This document shows, in pieces, positions 8,117-17,499 of a DNA stretch of 30,130 nucleotides (its first letter is position 1; each line of letters starts with the position of its first letter). The notes beneath the pieces are model-generated. The model was not told the DNA's origin. It did no database searches and was given only the letters and a program-made list of their open reading frames with translations. Both the position numbers and the translations under genes were made by a program. Source of the DNA: a virus (taxonomy: Duplodnaviria; Caudoviricetes); IMG/VR virus record IMGVR_UViG_3300049437_000095, positions 1 to 30,130 of that record. One strand, written 5' to 3'.

Positions 8117-8836
8117 TTAGAGTTGATTTCCAAAATTCTGTGCATATCCGAATCCATAACCGGATAGAATTGGCCATGATGCGAGATTCTCCTTCCCCTG
8201 GAACGGAAGCATGAACTTCTTGTAACCAGGCTTTTTCCCGATCCGTGACAAGCGGATGCTCGAGTTGAAGTACACGTTGTATTGAAACCCAGGAGCGTCC
8301 CTCCGAGGAATAAGGATCAGTCGGTCGGTGGCTTTCGCGGAGAGAAAATTCCGCATCTCTGCGATCGTATCGGGCTTCACGTATTGGGAGTAATCCAGCA
8401 GACACTGATAGCTCCACCCGCGGAACTTTGATTCTTTTCGCCGCGGCCAGACAGCATGGACGAGATTATCCGGGTCAAATGTCTCGGTCAATTCCAGACA
8501 TCGTGGGAGATCTACCACATATCCGTCGATCGTAAACGCCTGGTTATTAGTCGGGGTACCTCCGATCCATTCGTCGACTGTGATTGTGTCCGACGTATCG
8601 TCGATGGATGTAACCTTTGCGTACACCGGCTTGTTCGGCTGGCCCGAAGTAACTGAGAAGCTACGAATGAGATTCCCGACCTGCAGACCGGCCGCAATGA
8701 GCGCCGGACTTCCAGACTCGACGACGCTCGTCGCCGTAAAGGTTGTCGAGCCGGCACTCGTATAGAGATTGGTCCCCACGAGCAGCAACCGAGGAAGACC
8801 CTCACCGGAGATGTGTCGTATTGCGGGTAGTATCAT
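8117..8836 (-). CDS. minor tail protein, possibly distal-tail (Dit)-like C-terminal half
   Basis: TGATG overlap with the upstream gene; tail-module position. Confidence 0.6.
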   Translation of the reverse strand: MILPAIRHISGEGLPRLLLVGTNLYTSAGSTTFTATSVVESGSPALIAAGLQVGNLIRSFSVTSGQPNKPVYAKVTSIDDTSDTITVDEWIGGTPTNNQAFTIDGYVVDLPRCLELTETFDPDNLVHAVWPRRKESKFRGWSYQCLLDYSQYVKPDTIAEMRNFLSAKATDRLILIPRRDAPGFQYNVYFNSSIRLSRIGKKPGYKKFMLPFQGKENLASWPILSGYGFGYAQNFGNQL

Positions 8837-10638
8837 CACGCCACCAGTTTCACAAGTTCAACCTTCGTTCTCTCCTGCGTGAGATTCCGCCTCGCCTTTC
8901 GTATCACATAGGATCCGGAATTCAGAATGGAAAGGCTGCCTTTGAGGTTGAATTTTAGTTCATCACCGGGACGATATCCTGTGCCCTTGAGCGACAAGAC
9001 GCCCTTCTTCTTCGCAACCATCAGATCGAGGAACTGATTCTGGATGTAGAGATAGTTCTCACGATCGATGTGCCCCTCTCGACCGAAGAAACACCAGGTG
9101 TCGAAGTAGCTCTCGTCCTTGATTTGTTCCTTGTGCCCGATTTCGTGGAATCTCAGTTTGGGGATCGCATCGAAGATCCTGCCACTCGGCTTGTTGTCTC
9201 CATTTGCGACATCGAGAATTGGAGCATCCCAGACACCCTCCGACTCGTCGAATCGGAACCACGCGCGCGCGGCCTGTCCGGATGGCGGAGGAGTCCGGGA
9301 CAGATCACGATCGGGAGCTCTCCACGTGTCCAGCCATTGGACGTAGTCAGATCCTGGAACGGTCGTCACATAGTAGAAATTACCTTCGCTCTCCTCTTTG
9401 CGATAGATCCTTCTGCCCGTAATATGCGGATCGTCGAACGCGTCCAAGGCCAGCAACACCAGGCACTCATCGACACCATGGGAGAAGCTTCGCACGTCCA
9501 CATAGATGATCTCGCTTGGCCCGGTTTCAAAGTTCTCACCATACTCGGCGGTAACGACGTACTGAAGATTACCGAGGTGGATCGCCTGGCCTTCGATGGC
9601 GCTCCCTGCATGGATGTAGTACAGAAATCCGGAGGGCGGGATGACGTAGAATGTGGAGAGCAGATAGTCATATTTCTCATCGTCAAACGGCGAGATCTCG
9701 ATCTCTTCGTCATCAAGCACGTCGTCTGTGATAGTCGTAACGACGCCCGTGTACGCGGCCCCCCGGCGCCGCATGGAGAACTTCTGCGATTCCTGATCGA
9801 TGAAGATCTGGGCGTTGTATTTCAAGGAGAACGCTTCCAGAAGCTCCCCTACCGTGGTCTTCTTGTCGAGTTCGCGGAACCTCCCGCGGTTCGTGATTCC
9901 GGCGTACTCTTCGCGAGCGACCCATCCACCTTCCGTGTCATTATCTCTCGAGGTGGTCCCGTCCAGGGTGAAGTCGTCGTTATTGATCACCGTGACCGTC
10001 AGATGGGCGAGATCGATCTCCTGATAGTTCGTTATCCCGAACACAACGACGCGGGTTCCAGTGGTGAATCCATGGGCGGGGATCCGCATCCGAATCGGAG
10101 TTTCATTTCGCGTCTCGATGCTCAGACGGAAATTGTCCGCCCACCCCCGCAATATCCGGTCCGCATAGAACGTCTCGATGTTGAAATCGTTCGGCACAAA
10201 CAGATCACGGAAGATGTCCTTCAGAATGTGATCATTCAGGAATTTGCTCAAGCTTCTGTACACGAACTGGACATAATCCTGATCATCGATGTACATGCTT
10301 TTTGCCCGGTCCCAGAATACCTTGTCGACGGAGAACACATCCAGCGTACACCACTCCTGAGTGAACTCTTCCTTGACCGAAGGATTGTCTACGAACCCCC
10401 GCCAGACCCTCGATCCATCTTCTATTGTGATCATGTGGAGTTGCGTCGACGGATAGGAAGCAAAATGCGTCGTGAAGAATCCGCTCAGGTTTGAGAGCCG
10501 AAGCGATACATCGTCATACGCCCTCTTGAATCCCTCCCACTCTTTTTCCTCTGTAAGGATAACATCCGATTCGTCATCGAGATATCCGGTGATATCGATG
10601 CCATCGCCCTCCGGATGTGCGCGGAGCATGATTCTCAT
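8836..10638 (-). CDS. tail tip/baseplate hub-like protein (600 aa) with an E1-FCCH-like inserted domain
   Basis: Follows the tape measure with an ATGA overlap; IDITGY...LRLSN...WRGFVD hub-like N-terminus; PAHGFTTGTRVVVFGI...FTLDG...GGWV insertion. Confidence 0.65.
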   Translation of the reverse strand: MRIMLRAHPEGDGIDITGYLDDESDVILTEEKEWEGFKRAYDDVSLRLSNLSGFFTTHFASYPSTQLHMITIEDGSRVWRGFVDNPSVKEEFTQEWCTLDVFSVDKVFWDRAKSMYIDDQDYVQFVYRSLSKFLNDHILKDIFRDLFVPNDFNIETFYADRILRGWADNFRLSIETRNETPIRMRIPAHGFTTGTRVVVFGITNYQEIDLAHLTVTVINNDDFTLDGTTSRDNDTEGGWVAREEYAGITNRGRFRELDKKTTVGELLEAFSLKYNAQIFIDQESQKFSMRRRGAAYTGVVTTITDDVLDDEEIEISPFDDEKYDYLLSTFYVIPPSGFLYYIHAGSAIEGQAIHLGNLQYVVTAEYGENFETGPSEIIYVDVRSFSHGVDECLVLLALDAFDDPHITGRRIYRKEESEGNFYYVTTVPGSDYVQWLDTWRAPDRDLSRTPPPSGQAARAWFRFDESEGVWDAPILDVANGDNKPSGRIFDAIPKLRFHEIGHKEQIKDESYFDTWCFFGREGHIDRENYLYIQNQFLDLMVAKKKGVLSLKGTGYRPGDELKFNLKGSLSILNSGSYVIRKARRNLTQERTKVELVKLVA

Positions 10639-12362
10639 CCGAGCTTCTTCCTTTCCCAGTTGCGATAACCTGGCATTTCAACCCGAAGGAACGCCTGCCC
10701 GTTGGAGATGTCAATCTTCCCGGATACCCTCAACGATCCCACTCCTGCGATCGCCGGGACCGCACCAACCATCCCGCCGTTCATATAGCCCCGGGTCGTC
10801 GCGCTTTGCAGCTGCGCCCGAAGTCCCATCAGCTGGTCCTTGTATCGATCGACGATCGGCTTCTCGAAGACGATTTCCCCTCCGTGCACAACCCCGGCGA
10901 CCCTGTGCCGCGGCATGTTTCCTGTGTACCCACCGCCGGCGAACCCCATTCCGAAGACAGCCAACAGTGATGACACGATCTGCAATCCACCCGTATCGCT
11001 GTCCATTCTTCCGGCATCCATCGCTTTGACCGTCCGCGATATCTGAAGAACGATCTGAAGTGCCGCGATCATCTTCGCAACGAACGTATCTCCGGATCGG
11101 CTGAAGGCGTTATGAAGGGCATTCCCGACCTGGGCGACGGATGTAATCATGTCATCCATTTGCTTGAGCTCTTTATCGGCAATGCGGTCCTGTTCATCAG
11201 ACCTGATCTTCGCTATCTCGAGCTCATGGCGCTGACGTTCCATTCCGATCAGGCTTTCGGAGGCATTGACGTTTGAGAGTTCAACCATTCGCGTTTGATG
11301 CAGCGCGTTCTCCTCGGCCATCTTACGATCAAACTCCTCCTGAGCCATGCCGATCTTGATGTCCTTCTCCAGCTCGTTCTGGCGCTTGATGTTTTCCTGG
11401 ATTTCCTTCCTTGCTCGCTGGTCTGCCTCGACGTTGCCGGCGCCGATCCGATTTGCGAGATCCTTCAGGTCTTTCTCCTGCTGTGCCTGGTCCTTCCGTG
11501 CATCCTCCGGTGACTTCGGCCCCTTCGCAGTGATCACATTCGGAACCGCGCCTAGCTCCGTCGCTGTCTGCCTGATCTTGTCCTGCAGCCCGGTGATCGC
11601 CTTGTCCAGCTGTGAAGCCGTCATTGTAAAGAGATCGTTCCCCGTCAGGCCCGCGGCCGCAGCCTGCTCCGGAGAGATGTTGATTGCCTCTCCCGAACCG
11701 AGGGCCTCTTTCATCCGTTTGTACAGGGCGAGCCTGGTCTCCTGCATGTTCTTCTGGGCGGTGAGCCTGGACCGCTCTGCATCGATCTGATCCTGCGTCA
11801 TCTCCTTCATGTTGCCAGAGATGGTCGTCAGCATATCGTTGTACTTCTTCAGCCCATCATCGGCCGCCTTCCTGGACTTCTTATCGCTTTCCATGAAGAA
11901 CGTGAGGAGTCCAGCACCGAGTCCGACGACAATACCGATCGGACCGGCGAGGCTTCCAATTCGCGTGAACAAAGCCCCGAGTGTCCCGCCGAGGCCGGCG
12001 CCAGCTCGACTCACTGAGAACAGGGCAAACTCGGTTGCGTTCGCGCCGGCGACCGCTGTCAGCAATGCGGTCTGGAGTTTCTTCGTCTTCTCGCTTGCAC
12101 CGTCGCTCCCACTGCTGACGAGAGCAAGGGCGCTTGCGATACCAAGCACCGCCTGTGTGCTCTCCCGTGCGATACGATCCTGAAGCCGTTGCTCCTGGAA
12201 GAACTTCCGGAATGCCGACCTCCCTTCGTCGGCCTGTGACTGCAGGTCACGAAAGTCCTTCTTCGCGGTCTTGGCATAGCTCGACACAGACGCAAGGGCC
12301 TTTTGAGCTTCCTCGGTGTGATAGAGCAGTTTTGCGGAAAGTTCGCCTACAGACTCAGCCAT
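10635..12362 (-). CDS. tail tape measure protein (575 aa)
   Basis: MAESVGELSAKL start; Ala/Gly hydrophobic stretches; coiled coil; C-terminal FAGGGYTG...AGVVHGGE motif; follows the chaperones. Confidence 0.85.
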   Translation of the reverse strand: MAESVGELSAKLLYHTEEAQKALASVSSYAKTAKKDFRDLQSQADEGRSAFRKFFQEQRLQDRIARESTQAVLGIASALALVSSGSDGASEKTKKLQTALLTAVAGANATEFALFSVSRAGAGLGGTLGALFTRIGSLAGPIGIVVGLGAGLLTFFMESDKKSRKAADDGLKKYNDMLTTISGNMKEMTQDQIDAERSRLTAQKNMQETRLALYKRMKEALGSGEAINISPEQAAAAGLTGNDLFTMTASQLDKAITGLQDKIRQTATELGAVPNVITAKGPKSPEDARKDQAQQEKDLKDLANRIGAGNVEADQRARKEIQENIKRQNELEKDIKIGMAQEEFDRKMAEENALHQTRMVELSNVNASESLIGMERQRHELEIAKIRSDEQDRIADKELKQMDDMITSVAQVGNALHNAFSRSGDTFVAKMIAALQIVLQISRTVKAMDAGRMDSDTGGLQIVSSLLAVFGMGFAGGGYTGNMPRHRVAGVVHGGEIVFEKPIVDRYKDQLMGLRAQLQSATTRGYMNGGMVGAVPAIAGVGSLRVSGKIDISNGQAFLRVEMPGYRNWERKKLG

Positions 12363-12678
12363 CAGATTCGTTCTCTTCAGGATTGCGACATTTCATGCAG
12401 ATGCCATCTTCCAGATACTCACGCTGATATCGTTTGCCACAGTACTCGCACTTTGGATTCTCTCGTTGTTCTCGCCGGATCTTGACCAGCATCCAGCGAT
12501 ACACTTTCTCCGGGCTCAGCTTCCGGATCAGCTCTGCCCTGGTGAGGTCGCCGTCGGAGAGTCGAAAAAGGATTTCGTCATAGTGGAAATGTTCTCCCTC
12601 AGGTTCTCCGTCGTCATGCTCGATCCCGAGTTCGCGTCCGTACCCGTCAAGACGTTCATCCATCCGACGGAGTAGGTA
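12355..12678 (-). CDS. tail assembly chaperone T segment (reached by -1 frameshift), with C-terminal CxxC...CxxC
   Basis: The -1 frame is open from the T7 slippery run (12684-12678) to the stop overlapping the tape measure start. Confidence 0.7.
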   Translation of the reverse strand, partial: YLLRRMDERLDGYGRELGIEHDDGEPEGEHFHYDEILFRLSDGDLTRAELIRKLSPEKVYRWMLVKIRREQRENPKCEYCGKRYQREYLEDGICMKCRNPEENESDG

Positions 12679-13013
12679 AAAAAATCGACCATTGCCCTCG
12701 CAATCTCGGACTTCGTCATCGATCGGAAGGGATCGTTCGGGTCCACTCCGTTTTTCCGCATGAGAACCCGAGCCCGAGCCCGCTTGAGGAGTGATCCGCC
12801 TTCTGGCCGGAGGATGATCTTCACGAGCTCACCGGCGACACCCCTGCTCATGAGGTCGTCGATGAAGCGGCCATACTGCGTGGCATCGCTGACTCGCTTC
12901 CAGAAATCACCGACAAGAGCCCGGGCCCGCTCGCTCTCTTCCCATGTCAGTTCTCGTTGAATCCACGTGGTTCCCTTGACGTTGTACGTCGTGTAGTCAT
13001 GCATTTGCATCAT
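12528..13013 (-). CDS. tail assembly chaperone G
   Basis: Lies between tail tube and tape measure; contains GAT TTT TTT slippery site. Confidence 0.75.
   Translation of the reverse strand: MMQMHDYTTYNVKGTTWIQRELTWEESERARALVGDFWKRVSDATQYGRFIDDLMSRGVAGELVKIILRPEGGSLLKRARARVLMRKNGVDPNDPFRSMTKSEIARAMVDFFTYSVGWMNVLTGTDANSGSSMTTENLRENISTMTKSFFDSPTATSPGQS
12678..12684 (-). other. programmed -1 ribosomal frameshift heptamer T TTT TTT
   Basis: XXXYYYZ in the correct phase; joins the G frame to the T frame giving about 219 aa. Confidence 0.7.
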
Positions 13014-14191
13014 ATCCCGAAGTACCCTCTTTCTGCCGTGAAGTGCCGACTGATGATTGTCCCGATGTCCGAGGGAAGCCCACCGGATCCAAAATCGTAG
13101 ACCCGCACACCGCCGATATCGACCTGTCCTCGCTCCCCGAGTGATGAGGATGCGCCCAACCGGAGGCTCAGCGCGTTGCTGATGCTACCGATCGTCGCCA
13201 GGCTTGCCGGAGCCCCGCTTGCGACACCGTTGACATAGGCCTGACCGTTGCCGTCACGATCGGCGACAAATGCTGCATGCACCCAGACGTTTTGAAGCGC
13301 CGTGCTGTTCGCGGACGGCATGCTCGCGCCGTTTGTCCCATCGTTCAACCTGAGGGTGATCCCGTTTCCAGTATTGCGGTAGACCGCAAGACCTGTATTG
13401 CTCGTGGTGCCGAACGGGTTGTTCGCTTTCGCCAGGACATCGATCTGGTTTCCGTTCGCTCCCTGCGCCCGGAGCCACACTTCGACCATGAAGTCGTTTG
13501 AAGCCATATTCAGGACGTTCCCCAGGTCTGCGTCATCATTCGAACCGTCGAACCGGAGAAATGCTTCGGGCGACGTCCCGGTCTGCCAAATGGCAGCATA
13601 ATCAGCGCTCAATGTCCCGTGCCGGGCGAATCCGGAAGCATCGAGGATCTTCGTCGTCGCCTGATTCCACTTCATCCGCGGGGCAAGCCAGAGCATCAGC
13701 TGCTCTGTCCGGATCTCCCTCGCAGTTTCGATCAGATAGTACAGCGGCGAGTCGAATCCCAGCGCATCGCTTCGATCGAGTGATGTGATCTCCAACGGGA
13801 GAAGCTGCTCTCCAGGCTTCCTCTCATCCTCGAATCCGGGGGTAATCCGAATCACATCGAATGCGTAGTAGTGAAAGATGTTCGCCTGGTGCATGCCGGA
13901 ATACCTGGCCGAGTGGACCTTCTCATCCGCAGTCGCAAGGAGAGTGATTTCATCGATCGACTTCTGCATGAGGAAGGTCCGCCCGGAGACTTCTCGGCCG
14001 ATCTCGTGCTTATCCACCACCTGACCGCGCTCATCCTTCTGCGTGAGCGTGTCGCGCTTGTCTGAGACGAGCGTGCCCTTGATCCATCCGACATTGAGAA
14101 AGTCGCTGCCGGCGACCGGCTCAACCTCTCTGATCTCGAATTTCCCGAGCCCTTTCCTGCCGATTCGGACCCGGTATTTGCCGAGTGACAT
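13010..14191 (-). CDS. tail-tube paralog with C-terminal LamG/concanavalin-A-like domain (393 aa)
   Basis: N-terminal ~140 aa align with 14207-14782 (LGK.R.RI..KG.G, GW..GT.VSDK.D, KDE.G.V.D, IDEI.LL..AD.K, ITPGFE...KPGE); C-terminal DASGFARHGTL, FDGSND, FMVEVW, WVHAAF, YVNG, IGGVRVY motifs. Confidence 0.8.
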   Translation of the reverse strand: MSLGKYRVRIGRKGLGKFEIREVEPVAGSDFLNVGWIKGTLVSDKRDTLTQKDERGQVVDKHEIGREVSGRTFLMQKSIDEITLLATADEKVHSARYSGMHQANIFHYYAFDVIRITPGFEDERKPGEQLLPLEITSLDRSDALGFDSPLYYLIETAREIRTEQLMLWLAPRMKWNQATTKILDASGFARHGTLSADYAAIWQTGTSPEAFLRFDGSNDDADLGNVLNMASNDFMVEVWLRAQGANGNQIDVLAKANNPFGTTSNTGLAVYRNTGNGITLRLNDGTNGASMPSANSTALQNVWVHAAFVADRDGNGQAYVNGVASGAPASLATIGSISNALSLRLGASSSLGERGQVDIGGVRVYDFGSGGLPSDIGTIISRHFTAERGYFGI

Positions 14192-14206
14192 AGTTCGCCT
14201 CGATTC

Positions 14207-14782
14207 TTAGAGAATGTTCGATATCAGGGTCGTGAGCGTGCCGGCCGTTTCAGTCGGAGCTCCGGATCCCGGCGCAGCTCCCTCGATGAGCACATAGTAC
14301 GGGTTGACGGTCGGATCGATGTTGTAGGCAACAGGAGCCCGCGTGACAGTCGTGGCCGCCTTGATCGCAAGAGCTGTGATCGCGATCTCGATGTTCCGCT
14401 CACCCGGCTTGTGGTCCAGCTCGAATCCCGGCGTGATCTTGCAGAGGGGGATGTTCAATTCCTGCACATTGCCGTTCTTCAGCTTGACGTAGTAGTAGGC
14501 CTCGTAGTATTTCCCGTCAGCGTTCTTAAGCAGATTGATCTCATCGATCGTTGTCTGCTTCAGGATGCTCTTGAGTGTGACGTCTTCCCCGCTCGATGCG
14601 TGATCGATGACGAGTCCCTGCTCATCCTTGCTCGTCACCATGTCATGCTTATCGCTGACGGTGGTCCCGCCGAGCCAGCCAGCTTCGGAAAACGCTGCAG
14701 TTGCCGACGGATCCAGCTCGCGGAGCTTAAGGAGTCCGCCGCCTTTGACATTTATTCGTTTACGGTCTTTGCCGAGTGCCAT
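14207..14782 (-). CDS. major tail (tube) protein
   Basis: 191 aa, beta-rich, immediately downstream of the tail terminator; GAAGGGA RBS. Confidence 0.7.
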   Translation of the reverse strand: MALGKDRKRINVKGGGLLKLRELDPSATAAFSEAGWLGGTTVSDKHDMVTSKDEQGLVIDHASSGEDVTLKSILKQTTIDEINLLKNADGKYYEAYYYVKLKNGNVQELNIPLCKITPGFELDHKPGERNIEIAITALAIKAATTVTRAPVAYNIDPTVNPYYVLIEGAAPGSGAPTETAGTLTTLISNIL

Positions 14783-14796
14783 GACAATGTTCCCTT

Positions 14797-15255
14797 CTAT
14801 GTGTCAGAATCATGATGATAAAGCACGGTCAGCAAGACCGTGATGTAACCTACATTCGCTTCGTAATCGAGATCCGGCTCGATGCTCGTGATCTTCAGGG
14901 ACTTCGCTTCCGTGTCAGAGATGAGGGTGTCATCGTTCAGGAGGCATTCCTCAACATCCTCAGAAAGCGAGTCTGCCAGATCTCCGAGGGCGCCATCATC
15001 CGCGGTGTCCATCTTCGCCCGGATGTACCCGACAACGGCGAAGGTGACGTTGACTTCGTACAGAGCTTCCTCCTCAGATGTCGGGCGCTTCGATGTCGGG
15101 CCGAGGAGCACCGACAACTCCGGCGTCGAGGTGACCTTCCCGATATCCTTCAGCTTCTTCGAGACCTTGGCCACGGTGTTTTGATATCCGTTCGAGACTT
15201 TGATCTCGCCGAGCCGTGTGACCAGGTGGTCCCGTATGTCGCGGCGGAATGACAT
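14797..15255 (-). CDS. tail terminator-like protein
   Basis: RRDIRDHLVTRL...NGY N-terminus; acidic; canonical position. Confidence 0.7.
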   Translation of the reverse strand: MSFRRDIRDHLVTRLGEIKVSNGYQNTVAKVSKKLKDIGKVTSTPELSVLLGPTSKRPTSEEEALYEVNVTFAVVGYIRAKMDTADDGALGDLADSLSEDVEECLLNDDTLISDTEAKSLKITSIEPDLDYEANVGYITVLLTVLYHHDSDT

Positions 15256-15881
15256 CAGTTCCTCGCCACCCCCTTCATGAGGTTCTGAATCCGGAGTTTG
15301 AAGATCCTGTTCACGCCATCATGGGTGATTGGATCGGCTATCATCGGCCGCATGAATGGCCGGGCCGGGCGACGGATCGTTTTCCTCATCTTGCCCTTCA
15401 GGAAGAGGGCAAACCACATGTCCCGGGCTTCCGTTGACGTGTCACCACGCGTCTTCCACATCGCATAGAAGAACTTCGTCTGCCGCTCGGTGATGCGGAA
15501 ATCTCCCCCGAACTCGTGCGAGCGGGCATACGGCACGCTCGTGGCGATTTCACCCTGGAAGAGATTGCCAGACTGAGAGATCGTGTGCCTTCCCTCATTC
15601 ATCACACTCGACTTACTCCCCTGAATCTGTCCCATCAGCGATCGGGCGAGTCTGCCCGTGCGGATTGTCAGCATCGATGCATTGATCGGTGTCCAGCGTG
15701 AGGCCTGTGCACCGCCGGTCATGATCATGTGCCGCGATACCGCTGACTGCCCCATGAAATTCAATGCGTCACCCATCGCCTGCGCAATGGTGACCGGAAG
15801 AAGCTCAATCAGCTCATCGGGGAGATTGTTCAGTGAGGCAGGACTGACGTCGACATTGATTCTGACTGGAGCATCGCTCAC
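15255..15881 (-). CDS. HK97 gp10-like / virion morphogenesis neck protein
   Basis: RTGRLARS, VPYARSHEFG, PARPFMRP motifs. Confidence 0.8.
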   Translation of the reverse strand: MSDAPVRINVDVSPASLNNLPDELIELLPVTIAQAMGDALNFMGQSAVSRHMIMTGGAQASRWTPINASMLTIRTGRLARSLMGQIQGSKSSVMNEGRHTISQSGNLFQGEIATSVPYARSHEFGGDFRITERQTKFFYAMWKTRGDTSTEARDMWFALFLKGKMRKTIRRPARPFMRPMIADPITHDGVNRIFKLRIQNLMKGVARN

Positions 15882-16495
15882 GGCGACCTCCAGCGATATC
15901 TGGAAAGTGTGGCTTTGTGCTCCTTTGTCAGGCGGAAGAACGATGTCGAGTCATTCGTCCCGCTCGCACCCATGCCTTTGCTACCCTGCCCGAGCCGGCC
16001 GGATCCCCGGTTGCTCTCTTTGTGGATCTCGCTGACAGCTTCAACCAGTACACGCTCTATGTCCCCGGGGATTGATGAGTAGCCCGCCTTGTACGCGATG
16101 CGAATGTTCTGAAATCCAGCAGGGAAAACGTTGTCGCACAGGACAATGCTAAAGGGAGCATCGGGACGAACGACGACGTAATCCATGTCTGCGACGAGAG
16201 TCTGCCAGGGTGACTTCAGATCGATCCGGTATTGCAGATCGGTCGCCGCAGGAGTGGCCAGGGAGATGATCGGCCGCTTCCTCAGCTGCAGCGCATAGTC
16301 TCCGTCCCCGTCATAGACCTCGGTGAAAGTCTGGGCTTTGACAGGTCCCCCGATGAAACTCTCGATCGCCGACGAGATGCTGTTGATCCACCGCTGCAGG
16401 AAATCATCCTGTGCGTCGTCTCCGTCCTCGATGTTCAGATATTCCTTGACAGCAACGAGTGAGAGAATCGCGTATGTGGCTGCACTGATGGACAT
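15878..16495 (-). CDS. head-tail connector (gp6-like adaptor)
   Basis: VKEYLNI...DDFLQRWI...IESFIG; NIRIAYKAGYSSIPGDI; C-terminal LSRYR. Confidence 0.85.
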   Translation of the reverse strand: MSISAATYAILSLVAVKEYLNIEDGDDAQDDFLQRWINSISSAIESFIGGPVKAQTFTEVYDGDGDYALQLRKRPIISLATPAATDLQYRIDLKSPWQTLVADMDYVVVRPDAPFSIVLCDNVFPAGFQNIRIAYKAGYSSIPGDIERVLVEAVSEIHKESNRGSGRLGQGSKGMGASGTNDSTSFFRLTKEHKATLSRYRWRSP

Positions 16496-16710
16496 CACTT
16501 CACCATGAGTTGACCGGGATGCATCATCTTGTTTGGACCGCTGCCTGGTGAGAACCGAAGATCACCGCACCAGGGGCACACTTCAACCATAATGCCATGA
16601 ACCGTTTTCCGGACTTCCTCGAGCGTCTTCGCGTTGGCATCGCTCAATCTCCTGCCGTCGTACGGGATGAACTCGCACTGATGACCGTCAAGATCACTGG
16701 ACCGGAGCAT
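16495..16710 (-). CDS. small hypothetical phage protein (CPWC motif)
   Basis: Overlaps both neighbours; GGAGGG RBS region; C-terminal NKMM motif often seen in small post-capsid proteins. Confidence 0.55.
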   Translation of the reverse strand: MLRSSDLDGHQCEFIPYDGRRLSDANAKTLEEVRKTVHGIMVEVCPWCGDLRFSPGSGPNKMMHPGQLMVK

Positions 16711-17134
16711 CGGTACCCTCTGCCGGAGGTTCGTCCGACACTTCTACCTTTCCGCCATCCGGGATAGTTGCGCTCGCATCGGCATCGCCTGCCGTCACGG
16801 TTGCACCATCGGGAACGATTGTTTCGGCTCCCGGATCCGCATCAGTTGATGGCGGGTCGACCGGAGGTTCAACCGGCGGAGCCTGAACAGGCTGCGGTCT
16901 CTTCAGCTCGAAAACGATCGTGCCCTTCTCCACTCCGACTGAGCAGAGATGGACTTCCGCCTGGAGATCAATCGCGCAACCGGCGCCGGCGAGCCCTGCG
17001 ATGTTATTCATCGCCTCCTTCACAGCCTGCACATCGGCCCGAAGGTCGTCGCCATACTTCTGTTCGTTGAACTCAGAAGTCGAAATCCTGCCCTTTACCT
17101 CCGAAGCGTTTCCTGACTCTTTGAATTGAATCAT
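16694..17134 (-). CDS. hypothetical protein with acidic Pro-rich tail
   Basis: AAGGAAGGA RBS; in-operon spacing. Confidence 0.65.
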   Translation of the reverse strand: MIQFKESGNASEVKGRISTSEFNEQKYGDDLRADVQAVKEAMNNIAGLAGAGCAIDLQAEVHLCSVGVEKGTIVFELKRPQPVQAPPVEPPVDPPSTDADPGAETIVPDGATVTAGDADASATIPDGGKVEVSDEPPAEGTDAPVQ

Positions 17135-17150
17135 GTCATCCTTCCTTTAC

Positions 17151-17480
17151 TCAAAAGCCCCAGATTCTCCGGGGGATGGTGTTGGCGCTCGACTTCGTCC
17201 GGATGTATCTCGGCGAAGCTCCATAGAGCGTCCATGTCTCGTTCGCCTTGACCGGAATCATCTGCGACCGGGTAGTGTCGTCATGGAAAGCGATCCAGAG
17301 CGTGTCCGTGCCGGCCGTGGTATCGTTCCGGACGACGATGTTGTGGATACCGCTCCGGATGGCAATGCTGTCGAATGTCGTCGTGGATCGCCCGGCACTC
17401 GACGAAATGAAGTGCCCCTGGGCAGTCGCAGTTACTGACATTGCCAAGAAGCAGATGATCACGCAGAAGATGGTTCTCAT
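17151..17480 (-). CDS. signal-peptide protein (109 aa), small beta-sandwich, possible head spike/decoration
   Basis: MRTIFCVIICFLAMSVTATA|Q; GGAAGGGA RBS; second gene after the capsid gene. Confidence 0.7.
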   Translation of the reverse strand: MRTIFCVIICFLAMSVTATAQGHFISSSAGRSTTTFDSIAIRSGIHNIVVRNDTTAGTDTLWIAFHDDTTRSQMIPVKANETWTLYGASPRYIRTKSSANTIPRRIWGF

Positions 17481-17499
17481 GTGGTATCCCTTCCAAACC

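Noticed and set aside
8106-8417. 104-aa N-terminal extension of the 7233 ORF in the track
   Set aside because: Overlaps the upstream gene; the AAGGAG RBS supports the start at 8105.
9070-10494. 474-aa plus-strand ORF
   Set aside because: Antisense to the hub gene; no independent evidence.
14192-14209. Readthrough or frameshift fusion of the two tail-tube genes
   Set aside because: The second gene has its own GAGG RBS and a complete paralogous N-terminus; no slippery site seen.
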